This document shows, piece after piece, positions 1 to 12,476 of a stretch of 64,000 nt of DNA (the first letter of the stretch is position 1; each line of letters opens with the position of its first letter). Origin of the DNA: the human T2T-CHM13v2.0 reference genome, Homo sapiens. The stretch is from the NCBI RefSeq assembly GCF_009914755.1, contig NC_060933.1. One strand, 5' to 3'. A program made the translations under genes and the position numbers. The notes beneath the pieces are model-generated. The model worked only from the letters and a program-made list of their open reading frames with translations, was not told where the DNA came from and did no database searches.

Positions 1-169
1 CCAAATAAAACCACTTAGGATTGTCACAGGAAACAAAATAATGTGCCTCTTCAGTTTAAGGGACAACTTGGCTACATTTGGAATTTAAAGAGTCTCTCTT
101 CCTTTTCTCAGTCAAGGGTACAAAGTGTGTTAAAGTAATATGAGATGCTTTGGCTAAGTATTCAATTAT

Positions 170-285
170 CTCATTCATTTACTTAACAGTTATTGAGAAC
201 CTGTTCTGTGTCAGAAATGGTGCTAGGACTTAGATAAGCTGAATAAGACACTGCCCTGCCCTCCCAAAACTTGCCATCCAACAGT
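170..285 (-). mobile_element. L2 LINE 3' end fragment
   Basis: tcattcattt...ttattgagaacct...gtcagaaatggtgctagg...ctgccctc resembles the reverse complement of the L2 3' terminus. Confidence 0.6.
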
Positions 286-574
286 GGTGTTGAGCAGTGG
301 TGCTCACTCTCAACTAGAAGATGAAGGATTCCATTTCCTTTCCAGCTCTGCCACAGTGCTGGGAATACTTGACTGTAAGGGGAGAGCTTTCTGTTTACAA
401 GCATTCTATTTCAGCAAACAGGGGAGTATCTTATAATCAAGGCATTATAAGTCCTGCAGATTTAAACTTAATCTCTCAATTGCTTTATTTTTAATGCCAC
501 AAATATTATTCAGAAAAAATATATGAACCCATTAAAAATCAGTGCAAGGTCTGGATATATAAAGAGGCCACCTG

Positions 575-852
575 GCTGGGTGCAGTGGCTCAGGCCTGTA
601 ATCCCAGCACTTTAGGATGCCGAGGCGAGTGGATCATGAGGTCAGGAGTTTGAGGCCAGCCTGGCCAACATGGTGAAACCCCATCTCTACTAAAGACACA
701 AAAAATTAGCCGGGCGTGGTGGTGGGCACCTGTAAAGAATCATTTGAACCTGAGAGGCGGAGGTTGCAGTGAGCCGAGATTGCGCCATTGCACTCTAGCC
801 TGGGCAACAGGGTAAGACTCTGTCTCAAAAAAAAAAAAAAAAAAAAAAAAAA
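575..852 (+). mobile_element. AluS (AluSg-type) with a 28-bp internal deletion
   Basis: Alu left arm, A-rich linker, right arm and long poly(A); TSD aagaggccacctg on both sides; tcccagctac...gaggcagg is missing between 735 and 736. Confidence 0.95.
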
Positions 853-2810
853 GAGGCCACCTGACCAAATGTTAAGGGAGGAGGCAAAAATATTTATTAA
901 ATTTTGTAATTATTCCTGATAGACTGCGTTGCAGAATTCAAGAATATATATGTCTACAAAATGAATTAAGCACACACAATGTTCAGTTGTTAGGCAAATT
1001 GGTATTTGTGGCTTGCCGATTAACAAAGAACTAGACCTCAAACAAATCAGATGCATCCAAAGTACTGGAGCTCTGCAAAGCTGTTAGATGACTTATAATG
1101 GCTGGAATCTGATATCAGAAGTTTGTATAAAATAGATTCATGAAAACTAAGAGTTGGAAGAAAATGCAATTATATTGCATTAATTGAAAATGCAATTAAT
1201 ATTTCTAATTTTATGACTTTTAATATGTGGTAATTTGATAAATATCATAAGTGGACATTTTATTATTTCATCCACATTTCTAATGTTTAACTATATAGGT
1301 TAAACAAAGAGACAAACAACTTGTTGTCTTGTGCTCGGGCACCCGTGGTAGGTGGCTGATATAGCTGGTTGGTTTTCACAAATGTAATTCCATCTCTGAA
1401 TCTTGGTGCCTTCATCTAGGAAATGAAAGTGATGAAGTGCCTGCTTCCTCTCTCATTTTCAATCATGGTGCTGTTCAAGGCAGTATGCTATGGAAAATTG
1501 TACATCTACACATTGGCTTTGAGTTTATTTAATAGCATAAATATTATTCAGAGAAAATACATGAAACCATTAAAAATCAACCTTAGGGCTGGATATATAA
1601 AAAGGCATGTTTCCCCATTTTATTCCTGGCTCATTGAGTTGGAAAGCCTCCTTAAACAAACAGACCTCCAGAACTCAGCAAGGCCTGCCCCTGCTCCCAG
1701 ATTCTAAATGCAAAAAATGAAGAATATTTTCTTTCTCCCATTTGTTGTATAGATTTAGAATTTAGAAGACATCTCAGAAGGAAGAAAATGATGGGTGGCA
1801 TTCTGATAACATTATCTCCTCACTGATGTTTTGTTCTTGCTGCTGTTCATATGGAACACAGTAGTAAGTGTTGTGTGAGGAATGCAATTACGTTTAAAAA
1901 AGGAGGTGTAAGAAGCTATTATAGTTTTGAAACACATAAAGGTGTCTAAACTCACTTTTCTCTGAGTTGTGTTGATCTGCCACATTAGCCGTCCCCATGG
2001 ATTGGACCATCCTATGTGGTCCATGAAATCTCCCAAGATATTTCCTGTCAAATGGCCTCTGCCACTGCTATATTTATTTATCTTATTCTACGAGACTAAA
2101 AACATAGTTCAGCTATTTAGGTGGGCTCTGACTAGCTATTACAGTCTACATATAACATGATTAGATACATCTGTGGAAAGGAACGCATGGTGAGAAAATG
2201 TTTTATTTTCTCTAATTAATGTATAGTCTTCAGAACAGAACTTTGGGTGTTCTGGATTTGTGTTTGGCCCATAGCTGCTGCTTTTCACTGGAGCAGGAAA
2301 ATAATGTTTAATAGCTTTGTTTAAAGGTTTTCGCTTGTTCCAAACTTGTTGCTGTAGAGTCTATCTCAATCTGTGTGTATTTAAGAAAAAAGGGGAAACA
2401 GGCTGGAAGCAAAATTGTGTTCTGGTCTCCACCCAAAACACCCCCTATTTTTTTTCTTTTTTTTTTTTTGCAAACCATGAAAGCCTTTTAAAAGCTGCTT
2501 TGATTAGCTTCCACATCACTCCCCGCAACATAGAGTGAGATGCTGGTTTGTGGCCTAGGATGAGAGAAAGGGGAGCCGGGACTCTCACGGGACAGCTTGG
2601 CCACTTGAGTCTTCCAAACCCAATAGGCTTTACTTAAATCAGAGATGCACTGGAAGGAGACCAGGGGCCTTTTGAGCTCTTTACCCATCACTAATTCTGG
2701 CTCCAGCTGTACTCCGACTCGGGTGATGAAAGAGACTGAAAGCAGCAGGACTCAGCAAGCATTCTGGACTGGATCTATTCAGGCTGCGTTTACTCACTTT
2801 GCATTATGGG

Positions 2811-2824
2811 GTTTCCATGGCAAC
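2811..2824. promoter_or_regulatory. RFX X-box motif
   Basis: GTTTCCATGGCAAC matches the RFX consensus GTNRCC(N0-3)RGYAAC closely and lies in non-repeat DNA; motif only. Confidence 0.45.
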
Positions 2825-3462
2825 AGGCACATGTTTCAGCATGTTACATGTAAAGGGGATGTACCTGACAGTCTTCCTGGTCAGGAAAATCGGATCATGT
2901 GCCGCTTCTTCCCTGGTTGTCTAAATGGGCTCTACCATGAGTCAGTCTCCCTTCCTTCCATATGATACCCACAGAGAAAGATGCTGGAAGTCAGCGTCCA
3001 AGATCCTGAAACAACCATGGATCCCAGTGGAGACATCTGAGAATAGAGTCTGCTCCAAAGACAGCTGGCATGGTTGCAATACATCAGAAACTGAGGCTGA
3101 GTCTCCTTCCCTGCTCTTACTTGGCTCCTGGCCTTGGCTGGGCTTTGAGGGCCATGAAATGAAAATATTTTCTGGATATTGGCCATTGTGATTGTGTTCC
3201 AAGGACTGTGATCCATGAGGGAGCTGGTACCAAAGAAAACTCCATGCGTGAGCCTGGGATATTCCTCCCCTGCGATGTCTGTCTATTGCTCATATGACCA
3301 ACCTGAGAGCTGAGTGTTTACAGTTTATAGGATCATGGAGTCATATTCAAAGTCAATCTGGTTTAGTATATTAGAGTATGAAAAAACATCCACTCTCTTT
3401 TTCTTCCATTTGCATTGACCATAGTCCATAAAATAGGACCCCGCATCATCTAAGAAGTTTTA

Positions 3463-3822
<360 letters not shown>

Positions 3823-4059
3823 TTACTCATCCCCACAGGAGAAAGTTAGACTTCTCTGATAGTGACAAGAGTCTGATTTTCATCTGTGCTCATTTCTCTG
3901 AGGGTTGGAGAGAGTATGCTGAAGACTGTGTGACATGTGTCTCTCTTGACTTTGTATGTGTCTTTGTGCCTATCTTTCATACTAGACTGCACTTTTCATT
4001 TCTTTCTTTATGTAGTTCAGGAATATCATTTATGGATAGTTATAATAATTGAGAGTTTA

Positions 4060-4360
4060 AAAACCAGTAGCCCTGAAAACAGATCTGATCCAATGATGCA
4101 TTTTTGTCTCACTCATAGAGTGATTGTAAGGTTTTGCTTTGAATATTAAACTTTATTGAGAAACTTTATAATAAAATCCTGAATTTTAAATTTATCTTGG
4201 AAGATCTGGCAACATGAGGTCTGCAGTAATTAGCAGGAAATGAGTGCAGGCTGCTACCCTGGGTGAGGGGCTCTCTGGTTTGCCAGACTGCCTTCTGTGC
4301 CCACATCATACATCTACCATCCTGGCCACTCCAGTGCACGCTGGAGTATGTGATTCCAAG
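4060..4360. mobile_element. hAT-Charlie MITE, MER102-like
   Basis: ggaagatctggcaacatg...ggctgctaccc...ctctctggtttgccagact resembles the MER102 core. Confidence 0.5.
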
Positions 4361-4599
4361 AACAAGAGGATGTGTGGGTGACACTAAGCGAGATAATTCC
4401 TGATTCTCTGTTGAAAGAGGTTTGTATGTTAAGTTTGTGTGATGTATGACCTGTCCTTTTGGGTGGTTTTTGAAGGCTGTACAGGAAGCCAGGTTGCCCA
4501 TAAGGCTGGCTAGGGTAATGCATAAGCTGCAAAACCAGCTTCCCCAAGTCAAGATGCTGAGGTCTCATTATAACACCAGATGTCTAGGCACTGCAGAGA

Positions 4600-4885
4600 C
4601 GGCAGACAGGAGGGAGAGGGCAGCTTCACCTGGGAAGAACAGGGAGAATGGTACTGAGTTGGGCTCTTGAGTGTGAATGGGATTTCACCAGGCACAGACA
4701 GAGGAGAGGAAGCTTTCAGAGCAGAAGGATCAAGAGGTGAAAAAAAAGCAACTATGAAGCACATGAAACTCAAAAGACTATAAATGCTTTGGTATGCCTA
4801 AAATGTAGGATGTGTGATAGGGACCTGGGAGAGATGAGGCAGGTAACAAAAAGTCCTTTTCTGTCAATGGAAAACTACTGAAGGT
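4600..4885 (-). mobile_element. L2 fragment
   Basis: Purine-rich L2-like text (tgagttgggctcttgagtgtgaatgggattt...ggaagctttcagagcagaagg). Confidence 0.5.
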
Positions 4886-5017
4886 TATTTTTTAATCACT
4901 TACTAATTACATCAGTGATGCACAATTACACTCTCTTTGAAAGGTCTAAAACATTATAGATAAACTTCTTCTTGACATCTACCTCCTAATCCTTATCACC
5001 TCTTTGTCTACCTAGAG

Positions 5018-5246
5018 TAGAGTTTCTCAGCCTCGGTACTGTTGGCATTTGGGGATGGGTAATTCTTTGCTGGAGGTCTCTCTCCTGTGCATTGCAGGAT
5101 GTTTAGTAGCATCCCTGGCCTCCATCACTAAATGCCAGTAGTACCACCCACCCCCATGATCCACACACAGTTTCCATAGCCAAGAATGTTTGTAGATATT
5201 GGCAAATTTCCGGGGGGGCAAAATTTTCCCAAGTTGAGAACCACTG
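5018..5246 (-). mobile_element. MER20 hAT MITE
   Basis: cctgtgcattgcaggatgtttagtagcatccctggcctc...ttgagaaccactg; 8-bp TSD-like acctagag/acctagca. Confidence 0.85.
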
Positions 5247-6489
5247 ACCTAGCAGGAACTAGTGTTATCCATTTATTGATAACATGGGACCTATGTTTAC
5301 ATTTACCTGTAGATATATTTACTAAGGAAAGTGCTCTCTTTTCTTGTTCACATAGTTACTGTTATTCTATATGTATCTCTTAACTTGCTTATTCTCAAGC
5401 CCATGTATTTGGGATATCTAAAAATGCTAGTGCCTAGGAAGCTGTCGGGTTTTGTTTTGTTTTATTTTTGAAATGTGGCATAGTATTCTGTGTAGGGATA
5501 TATAACCATGTATTTATCTACATCCATGTTGTTGAACCTTTAGCTTGTTTGCTTCTTTCATTTTTCTTTTTTTTGTATTTCAAATAACTTTGCAATTAAT
5601 GTCCTAATACATATTTCCTTATGTTGCATACAGAAGTTTGCATCAGGAATATGGGGTAGACTTGCTGTTATTCATCTTCAAAATGACTAAACCATTAACT
5701 AGATTCTTTGTGCTTCTCAGAGAAATGCTTCTTTCCTATTGAAAACAACCCTAAAGGGAAAGGAAAAAAGGGGGACAAAGAAGAGAAGGGCAGAGGAGAG
5801 AGTGGGAGCAAAGAAAACAAAAAGGGGTTTACCAGCCACTCCACTGATTCAAACTACAGTGTTGCTGAGCATTGGTTCAGAAAAAAAAGTTGAATAGCGC
5901 AACAGGGTATTTCAGATGTCAAAGGAGACATCCTGGCACAACAGGAGGGAGGGAGAAGGATGAAGCTTCCAAATTTGTTTCCCAAAGCTTCTCAAGACAT
6001 TGCCCCACACCCTCTGATTTGACGCAAAGCCAAAACCAGCTGCCTTCAACATTCTTTATCCCAAAGAAATGTGTCCCTTTAATTCCCTCTTAAGCCATTT
6101 ATGTGAGACATAATTTATGTTCTGAAAAAAAAAATCATATACTTTCCACGGACCCCTACTTCCTGGGCTGATAGATCAGCACAGGGCTTAACTCTTTGAT
6201 GGGAAATTAATAAATTACATCGCCCTTGTTCACCTCACTGCATTAGCAGGTGTTTGTATCTGTCAACCTTCCCCATGGTCTATCCATGGGGAGGAGACCC
6301 AGAGGTTTTGGGATTAATCAGCTCTGATCTGGAGGAAGATGAAACTGAAGCATCCTGTTATGGATGGGTCCTTGACAGGCATTCTGCCACCCAACCTGCA
6401 AGATCTGGCTTCCCCTGTGAAGTATTTTAACCTCCTTGCTCCCCTGATTCAATTCCCTGATGCTTCATCTCCTATATACTTGACTGTCC

Positions 6490-6695
6490 CTAAGGTCAAG
6501 ACTGCAATGCCTTAAGGGCATGATGATGTCTAAAGCAGCCCCTTGCTCCTGACTGTGCTATGTTGCATTCAATTTATCTAAGTAAGTCACAAAGTCAGCC
6601 CAAACTCAAAAGATAGAGGAGCCACAAAGTCAAATAACAAAAGAGACTGGATACAGGGAGGAAATTATAGCAGTTATTTTTATAAACTATCTACA
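6490..6695 (-). mobile_element. Old MaLR LTR fragment (MLT1-type)
   Basis: aagtcacaaagtcagcccaaactcaa...caaagtcaaat...ctatctacac is typical of MLT1 ends. Confidence 0.45.
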
Positions 6696-6699
6696 CGAG

Positions 6700-7105
6700 G
6701 CAATTTATGAAGTTTATAAATTCATATACTCTGTGACCAACAATTTCAGTTTTCTTTTTCTGAGAAATAAGTACATATGTGTTAAGACATTCATTGCAAT
6801 TTTATTTACAGTATCAAAACAACAACCACCTCACAAATAAACTAAAGTTTCAATAATATAGTTGTAGATAAACAGAATATATCCAAACTACAGAATACTA
6901 TACCATATATATATATTTTTAAATGGCAGCTTCCTATATACTAGCATGTTTAGACATCCTATGTGAAGTAAGCAAATTACAAATTGGTACATATAACTAA
7001 GTATGTGAAAAAGGAAAAAAAGAACATTTTCTATTGCTAAATTTACCTACCAGTTAATACACAGAAATAGGTGCATGAGCATCTGTAGAAAATGGATAAT
7101 ACTAG
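6700..7105 (+). mobile_element. L1ME-type 3' fragment
   Basis: Diverged L1M 3' text (cattcattgcaattttatttacagtatcaaaac...cagaatactatacc). Confidence 0.45.
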
Positions 7106-7117
7106 TTATCACTAAAT

Positions 7118-7338
7118 CTGTGATTCTCTACTGGGAGTGATTCTGCCATCAAGGAGCATTTGGCAATGTTCGAAGAAATTTTTGGTTTTGACACCCCGGG
7201 GGAGGGAATGGTGTGGCTGGCATCTAGTGGGTGGAGGCCAGGGATGTTGTTAAACATTTTACAATGTGCAGAGATGCTCCCCACAGCCAACCATTATCCA
7301 GTCCAAATTGCTAATCATGCTGATGTTGAGAATGACTG
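7118..7338 (+). mobile_element. MER20 hAT MITE
   Basis: catttggcaatg...ggcatctagtgggtggaggccagggatgttgttaaacat; terminal inverted repeat remnants at both ends. Confidence 0.85.
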
Positions 7339-7961
7339 CCTTATATTCATAAGATGTGCTGAGCTCCAGACATCTGGAGTATCCATTGTACATTTCCAGT
7401 TGAATGCTCAATAAGTAAGACAAACTTAACCTGTATAAAACACTCCTTTAATGTCTACACCCCTGAACTTGCCCCTCCTCCACCCTGCCATCTTACCTGG
7501 CCACTCACCTGCCTCACTTCCCACATTGACTCCGTCAAAGGACCTGTTGGCTCTACCTTCAAACCATAACCTGACTGTTTCTTACTCCCTTCGGTTACTT
7601 TCCTATCACCTAAGTCAGGCCACCTTTTTATCTTCCCTAAGCCACAGAAAGGGGATAGGGAGGATGAGGAAGGCTGGCACCATGTGGCCAGGAAAACCAC
7701 TGTTTAGAGAACGAACTGATCTCAGTAAAGTGTAGTCTCTGAGGGAGTGTTGGTGAGAATTGGAATATGGAAATCTGCCCTTTTTTGGTAATAGAAGAAA
7801 ATGCTAAATTAGAAGGGGAAAAAAGCTTCACTCATGAAAACAGCCCACTGATTTTCAGGGAGGCTGTCCAAGCTGGGTTTGCATGTGGTAATCAGACATT
7901 GTGAGTGGGATTTAGTCAGAGGGCACAGTAGCCCTTTGTCAGGGTGGCTACATGGCCCACA

Positions 7962-7976
7962 GTTTGCCATGGCAAC
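7962..7976. promoter_or_regulatory. RFX X-box-like motif
   Basis: GTTTGCCATGGCAAC contains the palindrome TTGCCATGGCAA; motif only. Confidence 0.4.
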
Positions 7977-8124
7977 AGGAGACTGCCCAGTGTTCTTAGG
8001 GAGGAGAAGAGTGAAAATGGTGCTTCTGGGTGAGTAGAATGGGGAGCCTGTGAGGTTTGGGGCTGGCGGTTGCAATCTCAGCCATTTGTGGAATTGAAGT
8101 GAATAGCTGATCAAGTTCAATAAG

Positions 8125-8260
8125 CCCTGGAGTTTGAATCAGAGAGACCAGTTTCAACACATCCTAACTGTCTGACCTTATTAAACATTTGAGGGTCTCA
8201 GTTTATTTATCTGTAAAATGGGTTTAACAACCCTGGCTGTCAGGGCTCTTATTAAGACCA
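8125..8260 (+). mobile_element. MIR SINE
   Basis: tctcagtttatttatctgtaaaatgggtttaacaac is the MIR core. Confidence 0.65.
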
Positions 8261-8639
8261 GTACTTTCTTCCCGCGGTGACACCATCCTGTGCAGTCTGT
8301 TAAGAAGGCTTCTTGAGCTCATATGCACTTGGCAGGACTTGGGATCAGGTACTGCCACAGTGGGATTTAGAGGGCAGCGGAATTTCATGTTCTCATTGTA
8401 AAAACAAGGTCGCTATTTACTGCCTTAGAGACTTCCTTAACATCGCCACAGCAAGTAACCTAAGGGACCAGTCCCAAAAGGGTGGCTAAATTAGAATTAC
8501 CCACCTTTACATAAAAGACCAGGAAATCAATCCCTCCAATCTTACATTCCCATTTTAATCAATTGCTACAATAAATAGAGAACATCAGCCATTCATTATC
8601 ACCTAGATTCATCGCTAGGTGGCTCTGTGTAGCTCCTAA

Positions 8640-11305
8640 ATTGAACTATTTTCATTCGTTCCTCATCTCCCCAATTTTTTCACTCTGTCCTCTCAAATTC
8701 ATCATCTCTCATCTATATCCTCAAATTCTTCCTTTGATGCTTCTCTTTATCTTTCTTTTCCAAAGGGAAAAATGGTAGACCAGAGGCTCTAAGGCATACT
8801 GCAGCCCTCACAAATGGTAGGTTTTCCTTCCACATCTCTAGTTCCCTAAGGTAGGCATTTTCTTTACTATTTCCCAACAATTCTCTCCTTTCTCAAAAAT
8901 TAATAACTGCATTGAAAAGCATACCATCAGGCTATTCTTCCCACTTTTGTTTTGGTCATCAGCCATCTCCCAAGTTGCTTCTCCAGATGGATTGAACAGT
9001 CCAGCTCCTACATTACTGCCTTTCTTTTCAAGACTACTTCTGTCATTATAGTGACCTCTTAAACATCTACTCACATAGTTTAACCTTGAACTTTGTCATT
9101 GCTGGTAATTGTGCGTTTTCAAGATTTTGATTTCAAGCTTTCTACCTCTGACCATCTCCTTTTGTTACACAGGAATTTTGTTTGCTTAGGAACATTGTAG
9201 GATAAAAACGCAATGTTGCTGAAGATCTCACTTTAAATATAAGACAAACATCTGAAATGTACCCTCATCATCTTCAGGCATTTCCTCTACATTTCCCCAA
9301 GTAATCCCTGCTCCAATTTTCTAGCATGACTTTGTCACATTTTATCCTCTGTTTTCAAACTCCCATACCCTTATCCCACCTCTCACCCTCATGGGTGGCC
9401 TCTACAGTGACAAATTCAATGATCAATTTTTTTTATTTTCACTTATTCAACCTCTAAGGACCACTTGGTCCTATTAATCATAGATTTCTTTTTGAAACAC
9501 TTTCTTAATTTTGTTATAGGGACAGCACTCCTTCCTCATTCTCTCCTGGCATATTAGTCAGGATTCTCTAGAGGGACACAACTAACAGAATATATGTATA
9601 TATGAAAGGGAATTTATTAGAAGAATTGACTCACATAATCACAAGTTAAAGTCCCATGATAGGGTGTCTGCAAGTTGAGGAGAAAGGAAGCCAGTGGTGG
9701 ATCTGTCCCAAGACCTCAAAAGTAGGGAAGCCAAAGGTGCAGCCTTCATTCTGTGGCCAAAGGCCTGAGAGCCCTTGGCAAACCAGTGGTGTAAGTCCAA
9801 GAGTCCAAAAGCTGAAGAACTTGGAGTCTGATGTTCAAGGGCAGGAAGCATCTAGCATGAGAGAAAGATGAAGGCTGGAAGATCCAGCAAGTCTGCTCTT
9901 CCATCTTCTCCTGTCTGCTTTGTTCTAGCCACACTAGCAGTTAATTAGGTGGTGCCCACCCAGATTGAGGGTGGTTCTGCCTCTCCCAGTCCACTGACTC
10001 AAATGTTAATCTCCTTTGGCAACACCTCACAGACATACCCAGGAACAATACTTTGCATCCTTCAATCCAATGAAGTTGACACTCAGTATTAACCATCACA
10101 CCTGGTATTCCAGTATTTCCTATTTCCTTCTAAATCTCCTTTCCTGGTCTTTTGTCTTCTGCTTGAGCACTGAGTCATAGAGTTTCCAAGGGTTTGATCC
10201 TCCTCTCCCATTGTTTTCCATTCCTTTTCCTCTTTGCTTTCTTCTCTTCTCTCTGGTTTCTTAGGTATTCCCAACCAGTCCCCTGACTTGAAATATTACC
10301 TATATGTTGCTGAGCCCCAGATTTATTCTCTAGCATGGGTGTCTTCTCTGAGCACCACACCTGTATCTATATCTCCTTTTCATCCCACTTGGATGTCTAT
10401 AAGAGGTTGATCTACACACAACAGACCTCCAGATTTCTACCACCCCAAACTTACTTCTTCTCCAGTTTTCCCCTTAATAGGACATGTTCAACTGATAATC
10501 TGGTTGCTCACTTTCTTCACTTTGCATATCCACTCCATGGATAAGACCCATCAGCTCTCTCTTTGCACCATATCCAGAGCTATCTTCTTTCACTCTCCTA
10601 TCACCCCAAGTCAAGCCATTTTTATATAATCCTTAAACCACAGACATTTTCTCCCAAATTGATATCTTCTTCTTACTTCCCTGTGGTCTTCTCACCAGTG
10701 TCCTAAGAGTAATCCTTTGAAAAGATAAATCAAGTCATAATACTGCTCTCTTAGCCCTTTAATAGAATTCCTTCAAAAGTGGGATAGAATCCCAAGCCAT
10801 GGTCACATCTTGTAAGCCCCTAAACAGCATCTGACCTGGTCCCTCTTTCTGAGCTTACCTTCTGCCACTCTCTCCTTGCCTTCTCTGCTCTAGACATGCA
10901 GACTTTCTTGCTGTTACTCAAATATGCCAAACTCACCCCCATCCCTGAACTTTATCGTTCTTTCTGTTGGAACATTCATTTACAGACCTTCACATGGCTA
11001 ATTCCCTTGCTTCATTAAAGTCTTTGCTCCTATATTAATCCTCAGAGATTATTTCCTTGACCAACTCATAAAACATAAGACTCCTCACCTCCCCAGCCTT
11101 CATCACTTTGTGAGCCCTGATTCGATTTCATTTTTCTTCATTACACCCTCAGTCTGTCACCCTTTCCTTATTAGAATACAGTCTCCATTAGAGCAGAGAC
11201 CTTGGTTTTTGTTAAGAGTGATATACTCAGTGCCTAGATCAGTGCCTGACACATTAATTGTCCCCCCAACCCCAATAATTGCTGAAGAATGAATGAATGA
11301 GTGAG
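8640..11305 (+). mobile_element. Long L2 relic split by an MLT2A LTR
   Basis: Pyrimidine-rich L2 text ending in the canonical tail cagtgcctgacac...gaatgaatgaatgagtg at about 11300. Confidence 0.6.
9550..10100 (-). mobile_element. ERVL solo LTR, MLT2A2-like
   Basis: Ends ttgacactcagtattaaccatcaca (reverse complement of the MLT2A start); perfect 5-bp TSD cctgg (9545-9549, 10101-10105). Confidence 0.9.
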
Positions 11306-11454
11306 TGCTATTTTTAAGATCAAAGGAGAGAAGATAAACCATTAATTTAGTACCATATAAAGCACATAAACATATAATAGGCTGTCAATAAAATGAGAGT
11401 TGAATTCATAGCACAACAGCACCCTACAGCCTTTCTACCATGACACTTATGTTT

Positions 11455-12476
11455 TAAAAATTTTATTAACATGTTTTTGTTGAGATACAGTTCACACATT
11501 ATCAAAGTCTTCTTTCTAAAACATACAATTAAGTGATTTTTAGTTGTTTCACAAAGCTGCTCAATCATCACTGCTATCTAAGTCTAGAATATTTATGTTA
11601 CCCCAAAAGAAAATTTAGTGTCCATTAGCAGTCACTTGTGGCAGTCTGCCACAGTTACTACTTGAGGCCATCACTATGACAGTTACTGCTGTTACTACTT
11701 GAGATCATCATTACAAGACTGAACGAAGGAGGACAAACATAGAAATGAAAACTTAAAACAAAAGAAACTGTTTTAAAGAAGGGGTCCGGGGAAGAAGAAG
11801 AGGGCTCCTTGCTTCTAGTGAGCAAAGGCAGCAGCAGCCCTGAGCTTCTACAACCCTTCATATTTATTGAGGAGAAAGAGCAGGGAGGAGGAAGTAATGA
11901 TTGGTCAGTTGCTTGATTGATCACAGGTTCCCATTATTGCTAACAGGCCTCAGATGTGCGTAATCACAAGAAACACTTGTGACTGGGTCGTGACAGCCCT
12001 CAGCATTCCTTCTGGGTGACAGACGCAGTTTGTCAGTTTGCCAGCATTCTGCATTTATGAGAACAGTTTGCTGTTTACTCATATAGCCTCCAGTGGTATA
12101 CTGAGTTGATCATGACCCTCACTCTTTTGGTCTCCAACAGTCACTCCCATAGTACCTCTTCTCAGCCCTTGATAATCTAATAAGCCACTTTCTGTTTCTA
12201 TGGAGTTTGCCTATTCTGGCTATTTTATATAAGTATAATAGAATCATAGAATATGTGCCTGTTTGTATCTGGCTTCTTTCACTTACCATGATGTTTTAAA
12301 GGTTCATTCACATTGTAGAATGTATCAGTACTTTGGACTTTTTTATAGCTGAATAGTATTCCATTATATGAAAACATATGTCCACACATAAACTTGTACA
12401 CAAATGTTTATCACATAGCATTACCCATAATAGCCAAAAGGTGAAACAAACCAATGTTTATCAATTAATGAATGAA
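11455..12476 (-). mobile_element. L1MB-type 3' fragment with an inverted 5' segment, split by an LTR
   Basis: Minus-strand L1MB 3'UTR at 11455-11636 and 12140-12368, then plus-strand L1 text atgaaaacatatgtccacac...atcaattaatgaatgaat at about 12368-12476. Confidence 0.8.
11637..12139 (-). mobile_element. Endogenous retrovirus solo LTR, probably ERVK class (LTR3/HML-6-like)
   Basis: TG...CA termini, about 503 bp, 6-bp TSD gtcact (11631-11636, 12140-12145), AATAAA on the minus strand; family recalled from consensus. Confidence 0.7.

Noticed and set aside
6270-6292. Inverted repeat tccccatgg-tctat-ccatgggga
   Set aside because: A 9-bp stem can occur by chance in 64 kb; no other support.
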